Source of the DNA: Blepharisma stoltei ATCC 30299
Lineage: Eukaryota > Protista > Ciliophora
Assembly (NCBI GenBank): GCA_965603825.1
Contig: CBFDEM010000062.1
Location: 310,001 to 374,000 of the forward strand
Direction of reading: 5' to 3'
DNA length: 64,000 nucleotides
Under the pieces are notes generated by a model. That model was not told where the DNA came from. It ran no database searches and saw only the letters and a program-made list of their open reading frames with translations. A program made the translations under genes and the position numbers. Below are positions 32,460 to 44,890 of the stretch, one piece after another (position 1 is the stretch's first letter; each line of letters opens with the position of its first letter).

Positions 32460-33860
32460 TTATCCTTTTCGATTCATCATTTCAATGAATTCCATATAGT
32501 CGATTCTTCCATCTCTATTTTTATCTACTTCACGGATCATTGAAGCTAGGTCTGCTGGATTCACTGTAATTGATATGTCGCCTCCAGTTAGAACTTCTCT
32601 CAGCTCATCAATTGTTATATAACCACTTCCATCTATATCGAAATATCGAAAAGCCGTCTTTAATAGTCCGCTGTCTTGGAATGATTGGTTAAATATGCAA
32701 GCAGCAATAAATTCTGTATAGTCAATTTTTCCATTTTGGTTGGAGTCTAAAATTTCGAATACACTGCTTATAGAGGCTTTATCGATTCGTATTCCGCACG
32801 ATCTCATGCCTTGCTCCATTTCGTTAAGCGTGATCATTCCGTCACCGCTCATATCAATCTTTTTGAAGGCTTCTTTGGCAACTTCGATTTCTCTTTCGGA
32901 TAATTTTGAGGCCATAAGCATCAATGTAACTCTTTTTAATTTTTGAGCATGAGAAAACAACTGAATTCCGTTAAATACATAAGGATCCAGAGGTATTGAT
33001 TGATTTGAAGCCAAATTTTGAATTCATGGGTGCGTAAAAGCTTGTTTTGCAGTAATTCTGATTGACGGATCCTTCACTAGAAGTCTAGCTATCAAATCTT
33101 TTGCCATATCAGAAACTTTAGAAAACTGCTTAGGTCTGAAGCTGTAGTTGCCATTAAAAACGTTCATAAGTACTTCTTCGTTATTTCTCCCATTAAATGG
33201 AGGAACTCCACTTAGCATAATATAAAGAATTACCCCAAGAGATCAGCAGTCCACTTCTTTTGAATAATTTCCCTCTATTACTTCTGGAGCTAAATAATAA
33301 GGGGTTCCATCAAGAGAATGCATTACTTCATACTCATCTACAACTTTTGCAAGCCCAAAATCAATAACTTTTAAATCGCTGTTCTGCTCATTAGATACAA
33401 AAACACAGTTTTCTGGCTTCAAATCTCTATGACAGACACCATGGTCATGGCAATACATAATAGCTGAAAACAAAGACCTCATAATGACAGCTGCTTGGAC
33501 TTCGTCTAGATACCTATGAGCCGTTATGCGGTCAAAGAGTTCTCCGCCCTGACAAAGTTCCATAACTAAATAGCATAGTCGATTTGTTTCATAGGTTTCA
33601 ATAATATTTACAATATTAGGATGATCCAGATGTTTCAGGATATCAATTTCATTGCAAAAGGTATCATAATCTTTGACACGATTTTTTTGAACGACTTTTA
33701 TGGCTCTGTATATATTTGTGCTGATTTCTCTGCCGAGAAATACTTTTCCGTAGGCGCCACTTCCTAATTCTCTTTCAAATTCATAGACTGAGGTAATATC
33801 TGCAGATTGAGATGTGATAAACCACTGCTTTTTGATAACTAATTTATCCATTTGCGACAT
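32460..33860 (-). CDS. Calcium-dependent protein kinase (CDPK), 466 aa, without an N-myristoylation motif
   Basis: Joined through TGA 33243 (VDC-W-SLG) and 33024 (HP-W). HRDLKPEN, DFG and four EF-hands. Confidence 0.92.
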
Positions 33861-34215
33861 GAGTATATCACTATAAAATGCACTGATTTGTAGCTTAAAT
33901 ATTGGGATTGTGCTCAGCTAAGCAGAAAAGACTTAGATTTACAATTTCTATATCTGCTTATCATTTAAAGAAAAAAATATTTTTAAATTTTTGTTATATT
34001 GACTATAACACAACTTATAGAACGATAAGAAAATTAACAATTACCCAAATTATAAATTTTTAAATAATCTAATGGATTTCCTATTCTTAATAATTTATAA
34101 AATCTTTTAAAAGAGGAATTATACGTATTGCATGAAATAATTAGATTGCTCACTTTAGCCTATTTATGATCTTTTTTATAAAATTAAATAAATTATTCAT
34201 CCTAATTGATATTAA

Positions 34216-35946
34216 TTAATCGAACTTAATATTTTTGTAGATCTTGCTTACGAAATAATACGATCCAGTATAGCCTATTGCTCCAGCTATCAAAAACACA
34301 GTAAAGCTTGCTAAGCCAGTATAGCCAAAATAAAATGAAAATTGAAAATATCCAGACATTCTAGTTTTGAAAAAATAATAGTAAAATGAGTAGAAATAAA
34401 GATAAATCCCCACGCTTCCTGTGCTTAGGAAGCTTATCCAATGCCACCGATAATCTTCAGAATTCAAAATGATATAAGTCACAACAATAGATACACATAT
34501 CAAAGACAAAGCAAATAAGAAAAACCCAACCAATGCAAACTCATAAACATAGTAAAATTTATAGTTCCAAAATGATGTAAAAATGAAATAAATCTCCACA
34601 GATATACTTCCAAATGGCAACAGTCCTCCAGCAAGGCATAAAAAGATAGGCTCACTCCACCATTGTTTCTCTTTAAGGATTGGTATTGATATATTATTAA
34701 CTTTATGGCTGAGTGGAAACTTTTTTCTATAATTGGTTCCTAATGTATTCCCAACCACAAATAAAGGAAGGTACAAGAATATAAAAAGTGCCAAAATTTC
34801 CAAAAGACTTACAAAAGGCATTGCAGCAGACGAAGAATATAGAACTGCTAGAGTATTCAAAGTCATACTGATTACAGTCACAAAAACTGGATAACAAAGC
34901 GCACTAAAGATAAGCGTCCCTTTTGAACTCCTTCCTTGGTATAAAGTGTAGATACTTCCAGACTGAAAGCCTCCTACAATTCCAAGGAACGAATAAATGA
35001 CAAGAACAATACTGGTAAAAGTCCCTCTTTCACTATACATAGGATGCATAATGCAAATTATCACCACAAGCACTACCATTGTTGCAAGTTGCCATCCTGT
35101 GCTATAGAGAGCAGTAAACAAATATAAATAATCTGGAGCTCTGAACGCATCTCCTCCTACTTGTTTCCATCCAGTAGAAATTGCTAGATCGACAGATTCC
35201 ATTTCTTGGCTCTCATATCTTTCAATGTCTTTATTGAGCGTCCTATACAAAATCAATATAACGACTCCACATAGAACCAGGACCATTACAAACGAGTTTA
35301 TGATCGAGAATCAATGAATATTGTTCTCAAAAAATCCTGGATCCAAGTAAGAATTAAATCTGTTCGCAAAGACTACATTAGAAGGGGTCCAAGATACAGA
35401 ATAAGTCAAACTCACATCACTTAAATCAAGTTTCGTCTTTTTAGAATAAACTCTCACAGGATTATCAGTCTGTATATGTGCTTGGACTACATTTGAGTTG
35501 TTGTAGGAGAGAATTAATGTGTAATGTGTGAAAATGTATATGTCACCGTTATCGTGGTCTTCTTTTCCCAATTCTGACCAGATTGGCAAGTCGTCCAGGT
35601 ACATTTGAATCCAGAAATTTCGCTTGACTGCAGTGACCAAAGCAATTACGTCATCGCGACTAAAAGAAGAGGAACAGTAGGTCCTGGATTTTACGTTCTG
35701 GATAAATTTGATGTCCATGCCACTGTCATAGAGCTCATAGCCTTCTACAGCTTCCCCAAGACCTAATGCGTATTTTCTTCCTTCACTCTGCCTTTTGCAA
35801 ATTGGGAGCTTATCATATGCATAGGATTCTTGAGGGTTATCAAATGGGACTATTTTATTAAACCATAAGATGATTTCTTCACCTGGCTGATATGAATGGG
35901 TGCGCAGATCAGCTAATGCTGTAACAAATAAGCATATAATCCACAT
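34216..35946 (-). CDS. TM9SF/EMP70 nonaspanin, 576 aa
   Basis: Signal peptide; IH-W(TGA 35311)-FSIINSF; GWKQVGGDAFR; GLLPFG; EDYRWHW; C-terminal KxD. Confidence 0.93.
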
Positions 35947-36188
35947 CTGAGTTATATATAAACGTATATTTGATAATTAAAGGAGTTAGTAATAATATGT
36001 ATAGATAATACATTAGAGTGAGCTCTGAATTCCAAGACCAGACGGTTTTAATATATTTTTCGCATAAATGATCATATCTTAATAGTCAAATTTCACTGAT
36101 ATTTTTCTGAATGAGAAAAACTAATTTCCTTATTTTAAAAGAATATATAAGCAAATTAATGAAAAATTAGTGCCATGATAAAATTATT

Positions 36189-37871
36189 TTATTCATAGTC
36201 GATCTGTTTTCCGTCGTTCATATGATTTAAAATGTCCTTTGTATACTTGATTCTTTTACACAAATCAAGATCACCGCATTCAGAAGCCTGACTTAGAGGC
36301 ATCGACTTTTTAACTCCACTTTTATTTACATAAGTAAGGACTTGGGTCGAAATAATCAGCTCTGAATGGTCTTGGAAAACGACTTGCACAACTTTATTTG
36401 ACATTCTAAAAAGAATTGCTCTTCTAGTTCTCATCCATTTCTTTACATAAGGCGATTCATCAGACTGATAATACACAGGATTTTCTTTATCGCTATCCAA
36501 ATAGCTTCTAAAATGATGCAAAAGTGTCACTTTTTTCTGGAGGGTTTGTGGATAATCAGTTAAGGTATGCCAATTTGTAACATCCTTCTTTTCTCCATCT
36601 CTGCAAATATAGCGAAAAGCTTGAGTTGTAGGGTCAAGGATTATTTTTGTAGCATCGTTGAAGTAAACTCCTACAGATCCAGTTGATAAAGTGTAGCCTA
36701 AGCCGTATTTGCTGCTATAGTCAACCCAACTATTTACGAATGGAGTTTTTATTTCTCCACTTAAAGATGATATGCTTGGAGTTTTATGTGAAGAAGAAGA
36801 GGAAGGCCTTTGAGTGTTTGAAGGGTTTCTGTGGGTCAAAGGCTGCCTTTCTTGGTTGACAGGGGCTGTATCGTGGCTTGGCTTGTAAGGTGGCATCTTA
36901 GGCTTTTGCTGATACTGTTTTAAAAAAGATTCTGAAGGTGGTATTGCTAAAGTACTTGGAGGAAGAAATTTAGGAATTTCAAAGCCCATATTGAAAAACG
37001 AGTGTTTATAAATATCTTGGATTGATAGCCTTGATTCAGGATCACTCTGCAGCAGTTTTTCAATTAAATCTTTAGCTTGAGCTGATATTGCTACATGATC
37101 AGGAAAGGAATATGCACATGATCTTATTTTCTTGTAAGTCATTTTTACATCATTTGTTTCAAATGGAGGCTTCCCTATTAGTAAAGTATAAAGAATAACC
37201 CCAAAGGACCAAACGTCAACTTCATAAGAGTGTCCATCCCTTCCCTCCAATATTTCAGGAGCGATATAGTTTGGAGTGCCACAAATTGTCCTTCTTTTCT
37301 GGCCATCATACTCTAGCTTTGATGCTAATCCAAAATCTCCAAGCTTGATTTCTAATTTTTCATTTAAAAACATATTTCCTAGCTTGAGATCTCTATGAAT
37401 TACTCTGTGATCATGCAAATACTCTATAGCAGATAACGTCTGTGTCATATATACCATAACTTCCAGCTCTGAAAGCCTTTTTCTCCTTCTTAATAGCTCA
37501 TTTAAGGTCTGATTAATACATAGCTCGAGTAAAATATACACATTTTCATGGTCTTCGAAAAAGTGTTCAAATCCTACAATATTTGGATGTTTTAAACCTC
37601 TATGAATTTTTATTTCTGACATCAATTTTTGTCGAGTTCGGGCTTTAGTTAAATTTGCTTTAGGAATTACTTTAGCTGCGTGTATTTTTTTGGATTCCAA
37701 ATCTTGGATTTCATATACACGAGCAAATCCTCCTTTACCGAGAAATCGACCCTTACTGTAGCGTTTTATAGAGACACTACCTTTTGGGTTGACTATTTTT
37801 TCTTCGATTATTGCTTCTAGCGATCCAGATTCTTGCAAACTTGACGCTGTAGTTCTTGCTGCAATTGACAT
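36189..37871 (-). CDS. PLK1: Polo-like kinase
   Basis: GKGGFA, HRDLKLGN and TICGTPNYIAPE; polo boxes WVDYSSKYGLGY and KWMRT...QVVFQDHS. Confidence 0.93.
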   Translation of the reverse strand: MSIAARTTASSLQESGSLEAIIEEKIVNPKGSVSIKRYSKGRFLGKGGFARVYEIQDLESKKIHAAKVIPKANLTKARTRQKLMSEIKIHRGLKHPNIVGFEHFFEDHENVYILLELCINQTLNELLRRRKRLSELEVMVYMTQTLSAIEYLHDHRVIHRDLKLGNMFLNEKLEIKLGDFGLASKLEYDGQKRRTICGTPNYIAPEILEGRDGHSYEVDVWSFGVILYTLLIGKPPFETNDVKMTYKKIRSCAYSFPDHVAISAQAKDLIEKLLQSDPESRLSIQDIYKHSFFNMGFEIPKFLPPSTLAIPPSESFLKQYQQKPKMPPYKPSHDTAPVNQERQPLTHRNPSNTQRPSSSSSHKTPSISSLSGEIKTPFVNSWVDYSSKYGLGYTLSTGSVGVYFNDATKIILDPTTQAFRYICRDGEKKDVTNWHTLTDYPQTLQKKVTLLHHFRSYLDSDKENPVYYQSDESPYVKKWMRTRRAILFRMSNKVVQVVFQDHSELIISTQVLTYVNKSGVKKSMPLSQASECGDLDLCKRIKYTKDILNHMNDGKQIDYE

Positions 37872-38208
37872 AGTTTATGAATATTAAATGTTTAACGGAA
37901 AAGTTCAATTCTTGTCGATTTTATGAATATTTAAAAAATGCATCCATGAGCACTTAGATGATTATATAAGGCTCAGGTTATTGAGAAAATACAAAAATAA
38001 CTGTTATATTTAAAATCTGTCTATTTTTAAATTGACATAAATTTAATTTTTGAAAATAATAAAAAATATGCAAGAAGGTTGGAATTAATATTCAGTAAAA
38101 AATTTTTCGAATTTCAAGCTTAAATTTTTATAATAAACAGATCTAATCAGATAACAGTTTAATAAATTGAGCTGATAGGAAGTTGTTGCACATATTTTTT
38201 CTCGAGAT

Positions 38209-38742
38209 ATGGGTTCGATTATTGCCAAAATTCGAGCACTATTTTCAAGACACATGGAATTAGTAATTGTAGGTCTGGAAAATTCAGGCAAAACTACTTT
38301 TGTAAATTATCTTTCTGGAGGAAGTCCAGGTAAAACTGCTCCAACTATTGGAATTAATGTAAAAACACTGAGAAAAGGAAATTTAATCATGAAAGTCTGG
38401 GATTTAGGCGGACAAATCCAATATAGAAGGGAATGGATTCGCTACGCTAAAGGGACCAATGTAATTATCTTTGTTGTTGATTCTTCAGAGCGAGAGCTAA
38501 TTTTTTCAGCTAGGAAAGAATTGCATATGATGCTTGAGGATCAAGATCTTGGAGGTATCCCACTTCTTGTACTTGCAAACAAAATAGATATTTCCCAACA
38601 TCTTTCTGAACCGGAAATTATCAAAGGATTGAACTTAGATTACATAAGCGATAATCCTTGGCTGGTAATATCAGCGAGTGCTATGAAAGGCACGAACATC
38701 GAAAGAGTTGTAGATTGGCTTATCAAAAAAAGCAAGAAATAA
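38209..38742 (+). CDS. ARL8: Arf-like GTPase, Arl8-related
   Basis: MELVIVGLENSGKTT, WDLGGQ, NKID. Confidence 0.75.
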   Translation: MGSIIAKIRALFSRHMELVIVGLENSGKTTFVNYLSGGSPGKTAPTIGINVKTLRKGNLIMKVWDLGGQIQYRREWIRYAKGTNVIIFVVDSSERELIFSARKELHMMLEDQDLGGIPLLVLANKIDISQHLSEPEIIKGLNLDYISDNPWLVISASAMKGTNIERVVDWLIKKSKK

Positions 38743-39068
38743 TATAATTAAAACTGTGAATTATAGTCAATTAGAAATCTAATTGTCCTTAAAGTATTTA
38801 TTACTGAATAATTTTTCTTACAACAGATAGAGTAATTTTTTTAAAACTGATTTAAAAGTATCAATTTGAATAGCATGAGCGTTTCAAGCCTACAATTAAT
38901 TAGATAAGCAAAAGATGCGTCAATTTGTACAGTTTAGATGATATCAAGCTCTAAAAATATTTCCAAATGGACACTTTAAATTAAAATTTCATGTTTTATT
39001 TAAAGGTTCAAAATTTTTGGAAAATGCATTTGGATATTTAGTTGGAATTGAATAATATCTTATAAACA

Positions 39069-39992
39069 ATGTCTTATTTTTCCCACAAAAACATTGTAGA
39101 TGACCTAATTTCAAGTAAGCATAGCTACTTGACTCACACTATAAATTCAACCTTACAGAAAAGTCGAAGAATTTTAGAAGAAAGCAAGAAATTAACACTT
39201 CTTCATCAGCAAAGAAACCGCTTATTCGGCCGTCATAACTCTTTGTGGACTGAAATTACAGATAAAATTGGAGAAAAAGCTTCTTTATATCAGACTTTTG
39301 ATAGAACTACCGAAGACTCTTTGTTTTCCAAGAGAGGGAAATGCACTCCTAGTATTTTGAGGAATGATAGAAGAGCATTATCAACTGATATAACTGAAGC
39401 TCCAGGCCTCGAAAAGACTATATCGATGGACTCAAAATCTCTGAAAAGGATGATTGATGAACTTAAACAAGAAAATTTGAATCTAAAAAGAGAGATGCAG
39501 TATTCAAAGAGCATTGGTGAAGATCATGAAAGGCTGAAAAGTCTCTATGGGTCGAAAAGTCCAATTGAGGAAAAACTGGACTATACTCCAAGCTTAAATT
39601 CATATAATAATCCAACTACGCTTGAAGAGAGATATAAGGATCTTGAGGAAAAATATTTGTATGAAATTAGTATTAATGAAAGGTTAAGGGAAGAAATTCG
39701 AAGCTTAAGCAAAAAAGGAAGTATAAGAGGGAGAATTAGTTCGCAAGAATGTTTGAATAAAATTAATCAAGTTGAAGGTAAGTTAAGAGAAAGCTTCAAA
39801 GATTGTGAAGATTTAAAAGAGAAAATCAGAATTTGCAATAAGACAAGCTTAAAACCGAAGAAAAAAATTTCAAAATCCTCTAAAGCACTTTTAAGTCAAA
39901 GTTCAAATACCAAAAAAGTAAAGACAAAAGGTATAGTTTTGCATTCAAATAAAAATTTAAAAACAATAAAACGAAAAGTAAGTAAAAAATAA
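39069..39992 (+). CDS. Hypothetical coiled-coil protein
   Basis: 307-aa ORF with heptad-rich segments and a basic tail. Confidence 0.7.
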   Translation: MSYFSHKNIVDDLISSKHSYLTHTINSTLQKSRRILEESKKLTLLHQQRNRLFGRHNSLWTEITDKIGEKASLYQTFDRTTEDSLFSKRGKCTPSILRNDRRALSTDITEAPGLEKTISMDSKSLKRMIDELKQENLNLKREMQYSKSIGEDHERLKSLYGSKSPIEEKLDYTPSLNSYNNPTTLEERYKDLEEKYLYEISINERLREEIRSLSKKGSIRGRISSQECLNKINQVEGKLRESFKDCEDLKEKIRICNKTSLKPKKKISKSSKALLSQSSNTKKVKTKGIVLHSNKNLKTIKRKVSKK

Positions 39993-40205
39993 GATCAGCA
40001 ATTTTAATAAATTAATTAGTTTTTTTTTGCAATCATTATTTCTTATTTAGAACAATAATAAAATGAACGATAGTAAAACCAAATAAGAGGATTCTAAATG
40101 CTGAATAATAATTTTAATATTATTAAGTATTGGATTTCTTAAATAAATCTGACATCTTGCAACGATAATCATTTAACATCTCAAATTTTACTGATAAAAA
40201 GTTAT

Positions 40206-40790
40206 ATGGAAGGTAAAAAATTTCTGAAAAGAGCATTGCACAGATACCAAATTCAGATATATAAAAGGCCAATTGCAGCCCAAGTAATCGCAGGATGAGC
40301 AATATCAATCGTTGGGGATTATCTTGTTCAATCATATCTTGATGACAAGAAATCTGATTATAGTAAAAAGAGGGGATTGGTAGTGTCAAGCTATGCAGGA
40401 ATAGAAATTGCTCTTGAAGCATTCTTTTATTATCCCTTCCTTGATCGAGTTTTTGGACCCGAAATGACTTTGATAAATGCTTTCAAAAAGATCGCGATCG
40501 ATCAATCATTATACACACCATTGGAGACTATATGCTTTATGTTCTGGACAAATAAGCTGGAAAAAAGACCAGAGCCGATTAGCGAGAAGCTTAATAGGGA
40601 TTATAAGCCAACTATTTATTTGAACTTTGTTTATTGGATTCCAGCTTCAGTCATTTTATATTGCTTTGTCCCATTACAGGTTAGAGCACTATTTACATCT
40701 GTTCTAACATTTTCATGGGATACATTCATGTCGTATGCTGCTCACAACAATTTGAACCAAAGGATTTCTAATATGATTGGGTCTAAGTAA
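40206..40790 (+). CDS. Mpv17/PMP22 family protein, 194 aa
   Basis: ATG at 40206 reached through one TGA. RPIAAQ, GDYLVQ, KIAIDQ, YWIP, VPLQVR, WDTFMS. Confidence 0.85.
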
Positions 40791-41149
40791 ATTGCACATA
40801 AATTACAGATAATTGATTAGTTTTTAATTGTGTATATATATAAATTTTATCAAACCTATAATCACTTCACTTTCAAAGCTTTAGCAAACTATTAATTAGA
40901 TTAGATATTTTTGAAAATGAATTATATTTATATCAGTTCTATTTTAAATAGAACAGAATTTTGGAATTATAGTAATGTGAATATTTAATAAATTTCAAAG
41001 TAGATCGGAAGCAAAATCAGATTTATTGCTTATATTATAAACTGATAATTTTTTTATTATTATTAAGATTGGAAATCTTCATTCAAATTATAATAACATC
41101 GAATGTCTTAAAGATAAATGAAAATTAAAATAGCTGATAAGTAATAAAA

Positions 41150-42811
41150 ATGGATGTCAAAGATAAAACATACTCAGCATTGATTTTAATTCTTATATGT
41201 ATCTGATCAGTTGTGCTTATATTTTCTATTCCCAAACCTCAAAGTGACATTCAGGCACCTTTATTAATAAAAACTAATGCGAAAATTGGAGAGAACTCCC
41301 TCACTTTTCCTCATTCAGAGCCAGGGTCATATTGTGATAGCTGGAAAAACACAAAAACAAAAACTGTCTGAACAGATCGACCTTCCGCATATTCATCGCT
41401 AAAGCTGATAGACTTTGGCTGAAATATGCTAAAATCAAATAAAAATGGCAAAGCATTACAATTTATAAATCCAAATAATCTCAACTATGATGAAACTGAA
41501 TGAAAAACAGTAAGCAAAGCTCAATTCCAAGAAACTAACGAAGCGTTATTTTTGATTCCAAAAGAAGCAAATGTTATATTCACAAGAATGTATTGATATG
41601 GCGATTCTGATAACAATAACATCCAAACTGCACGCTTAGGAATAGATTACGCTTGTCCAGGCCAAATTTTTAATCACATTCCTGGAGCAAGTGCATTCTG
41701 CAGAAAAGATTATTTACAGGAATATATTCTTGATTATCAAAGAAGATATGCAAGTCTTGGGCTCTTTCATTGTTTCACTGGGTCTTTAACCCCAAAATCA
41801 TATATAATGAATGAACCAGAACACTGCAAAGCGTTTATTGATGAGCTTGAGAGGCAAACAGATAAATTCAACTCGAAAAATATGCCAATAGAGTGAATAT
41901 TGAAAAGCCCTTTACAGCACAAAGGATATGGAATTCAATTGATTGACTTTGAAAAAGCTAATTATTATATAAACCTATATAGAGGAAATTTAAGGAAAGA
42001 AATCAACTGTTATAATGTTGCAGAAGAAGATAAGCATTTAATTGCGCAAAAGTACATATCAAATCCAGCACTTGTAAGGGTTATTTAGATTCAAGGAAGA
42101 AAATTTGATTTCCGAGTCTTTGCAATCATAATTAATTCTGACCCTCTAGTGGCTCTTTGGGCTCCTGAAAATGGGCATACTCGACTATCAGATCAAGAAT
42201 TCGACAAATTGTCATCTGATTTTACAACACATATAACCGCCAATGTAGCAGGAGCTAACCCAGACTCTCTTGAATTCTTAAAAAGTTACAGATTCAATCT
42301 TCGTGAAATCGCTTATTATTTTCGAGATATATTAGGAGACCATGAAGCTTGGCTTGAACGAGTTGCCTTCCCACAAATTAAAAAAAATCTAATTCATATG
42401 TTTAGATCGACCCAGCAAAACTTTTTGATAAAAAGGATTGGCCTGATGGAATTCTATGGGGTTGATTTCATTATGAATGATACTTTGGAAAATATCTATT
42501 TATTGGAATCAAATCGAAGACCCGATGTGCAAGAAAAAAATCCAAATTTGCAGTATAGAGAAGATATGCTTTTAGAAGATTTTTCAACTGTCGCTGAATA
42601 TTTTTTGAAAACTGGAGCAAACTCAATCAATACCAATGAAATATTCAGATCTCTAAAAGCTTTTAAGCCTTTAATAGACGAAACCAAAAACGACCCATAT
42701 TTCGGGGTGTTACCAATTGAGTGTCGAATTCCATTCAAAGATCTAAACACAAATTTGCCAACTGACCCAATGATTGCACCTCTTAAGCATTACGTAAACT
42801 CAAAAGAATAA
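41150..42811 (+). CDS. TTL-family ATP-grasp ligase with an N-terminal TM anchor and one 15-nt intron, 548 aa
   Basis: ATG at 41150, six TGA=Trp codons. QIFNHIPGASAFCRKDYL, WILK, QKYISNPAL|IQGRKFDFRVF, EFYGVDF and LLESN; hydrophobic segment ALILILICIWSVVLIFSI. Confidence 0.82.
42074..42088 (+). other. 15-nt intron GTAAGGGTTATTTAG
   Basis: A at position 10 and an in-frame TAG. Removal restores the TTL motif PALIQGRKFDFR. Confidence 0.9.
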
Positions 42812-42836
42812 TTTTAAATAAAGTTTAAACTTATAA

Positions 42837-44696
42837 ATGGCAGGTGGAGATCAAGGTGGGATAGAGCTAGAGCACGCAATTGGGTATTCAGCTGATTTTC
42901 TTTCATCAATCATAATTCACCCTAACCTCAGAAACTACGTTTACATAACAGGAGCTTGTGTCATAGTTGGAGAAATCGATAACTTGCAAGGACAATCCTT
43001 CTTGCGTGGGCACGATGATACAGTTACATGTGTCGCTGTTTCTCCAAGTGGAAGTTTGCTAGCATCAGGCCAACGTGGCTATAATGCAGACGTGCTTGTG
43101 TGGAATTTCAATTCTCGCACAGTTAAATATAGATTCAGTGAGCACGACTATGAAATAAAATGCATGGATTTTTCTCATGACGATCGATTGCTCTGCACCT
43201 GTGGAAATGCTACAGATGGGAAAATGTTTATATGGGATTGCGCTACTGGGTATATTGTAGCATCTGTTGGGCTTGCCCCATCCCCTACTCTATGTGTGAA
43301 GTTCGGAGGATGAAGAAAAGACGTAAAAGGTAGGCCAATAGACAAGTATCAAATAGCCACAGCAGGAGACAAAAGAATCGTTGTGTGGTCACTAAACCCT
43401 TTTACAGGAGAGCTTGAAAACGAAGCGCTTAATACAAATTCGGCGATTCGAGAATTCCAGACTTTGGATTTTAGTCCAAGAGGTGAAAAGTTTTTATTTG
43501 CTGGCACAACTTCAGGAGACTTTTTTGTGTTTATGATGAAAAATCATCATTTATTCTGCACACAAGGTGCTTGCTCAAAAGGAGTGGTTTCAATAGTGGC
43601 ATTAGATGATGAAAATGTTCTTGTAGGAGGAGGAGATGGGACACTAAGTCTTTGGCAAATTCAAGGAAGCAGAAGCTTTGAAATGAACAGAGTAAATTTA
43701 GTAGGAGGAATATCAGGACTCAGCCCATCAGCAGATAGATCTATCATGCTTGCAGGGACAACACTTGGATTCCAATATAAAATAAGAACGAATGACCTAG
43801 CCAATGTGCTAATTTCAGAAAATCATACCAGGCCAATGACATATGTGAACTTCCCAATTGGAGTTTCAGATAAATTCGCTACAAGCTCAGAAGATGGAAC
43901 TATCCGCATCTGGGATGGGTCGGACTATAAAGTAATATCTCGGTGCATCGCTAGCAATGGAGGCTCTCCTTTATGCTTCTTCTTGACCCTTGAAATTGTA
44001 GTCTCAGGGTGGGAAGATGGTAAAATCCGCTCATTCCGTGCAGATAACGGCCAGCAGCTCTGGCAAATTGACAATGCCCATCGAGGAGGAGTTTCATCTA
44101 TTACTCTTGCTCACAATCAAAGATTCTTCTGTACAGGTGGCTCTGAAGGTGAAGTGAGAGTATGGGAAATCCGAACCAGAGAAATGGTTTCTCACTTAAA
44201 AGAACACACCACAAGAGTCACTGATATCAATCTTCTCGACGATGATGTTCACCTTGTATCAGTTTCCAGAGATAGATGTATGCTCACATGGGATCTTAGG
44301 AGTGATAAAAGAATTGCGGCGCAAACCCAGAGAACGGGAGGGATAAATGCTCTTAGTGTCACCTCAGATCAAAATGTTGTCATCACTGCTGGACAAGAAA
44401 GAAAAATCAATAAGTGGGACTTGAGGCAAACTCAGCCAATTATAAGCCAAGATGCAGGACCTGGACAAGAAAGCGATGAAATTTATGCACTGGCTGTGAG
44501 CAACGATGGAAGATATGTTGCAACAGGAGGAGAAAAAATGATAATCAGAGTTTGGGATATCAGCTCTATGAGAGTAGCAGCAGAAGGACATGGACATTCT
44601 GGAGCGATTACGAGAATTGCTTGGGCAGCTGATAATAAACAAGTAGTTTCGACTGGAAAAGATAACTGCACTCTGATATGGAACATATTTCTTTAA
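42837..44696 (+). CDS. CFAP52: WD40 protein, CFAP52/WDR16-like, 619 aa
   Basis: IELEHAIGY start, QSFLRGHDD, LASGQ, GTTSGD and many WD repeats. Joined through TGA 43311. Confidence 0.78.
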
Positions 44697-44890
44697 CATT
44701 AATTTTAAACTATAATATGGTAGAATTAAAAGTTAATGTAAGTAAAATATTATTCCTAAATAAGCAAGCATCTCCTGTTTTGTAAAATAAGTTGATATAG
44801 AAGACAGTGATCTATGGAGCTCTCTCTTAGATGCTGAGGTCCAGAAAATGAAGATCACATATTTTAGGTTTATAAAATGAGTAATTTTTA

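Noticed and set aside
39778-39793. Intron-like 16-mer GTAAGTTAAGAGAAAG in the coiled-coil gene
   Set aside because: The ORF is open without splicing and removal would shift the frame. It cannot be supported without RNA data.
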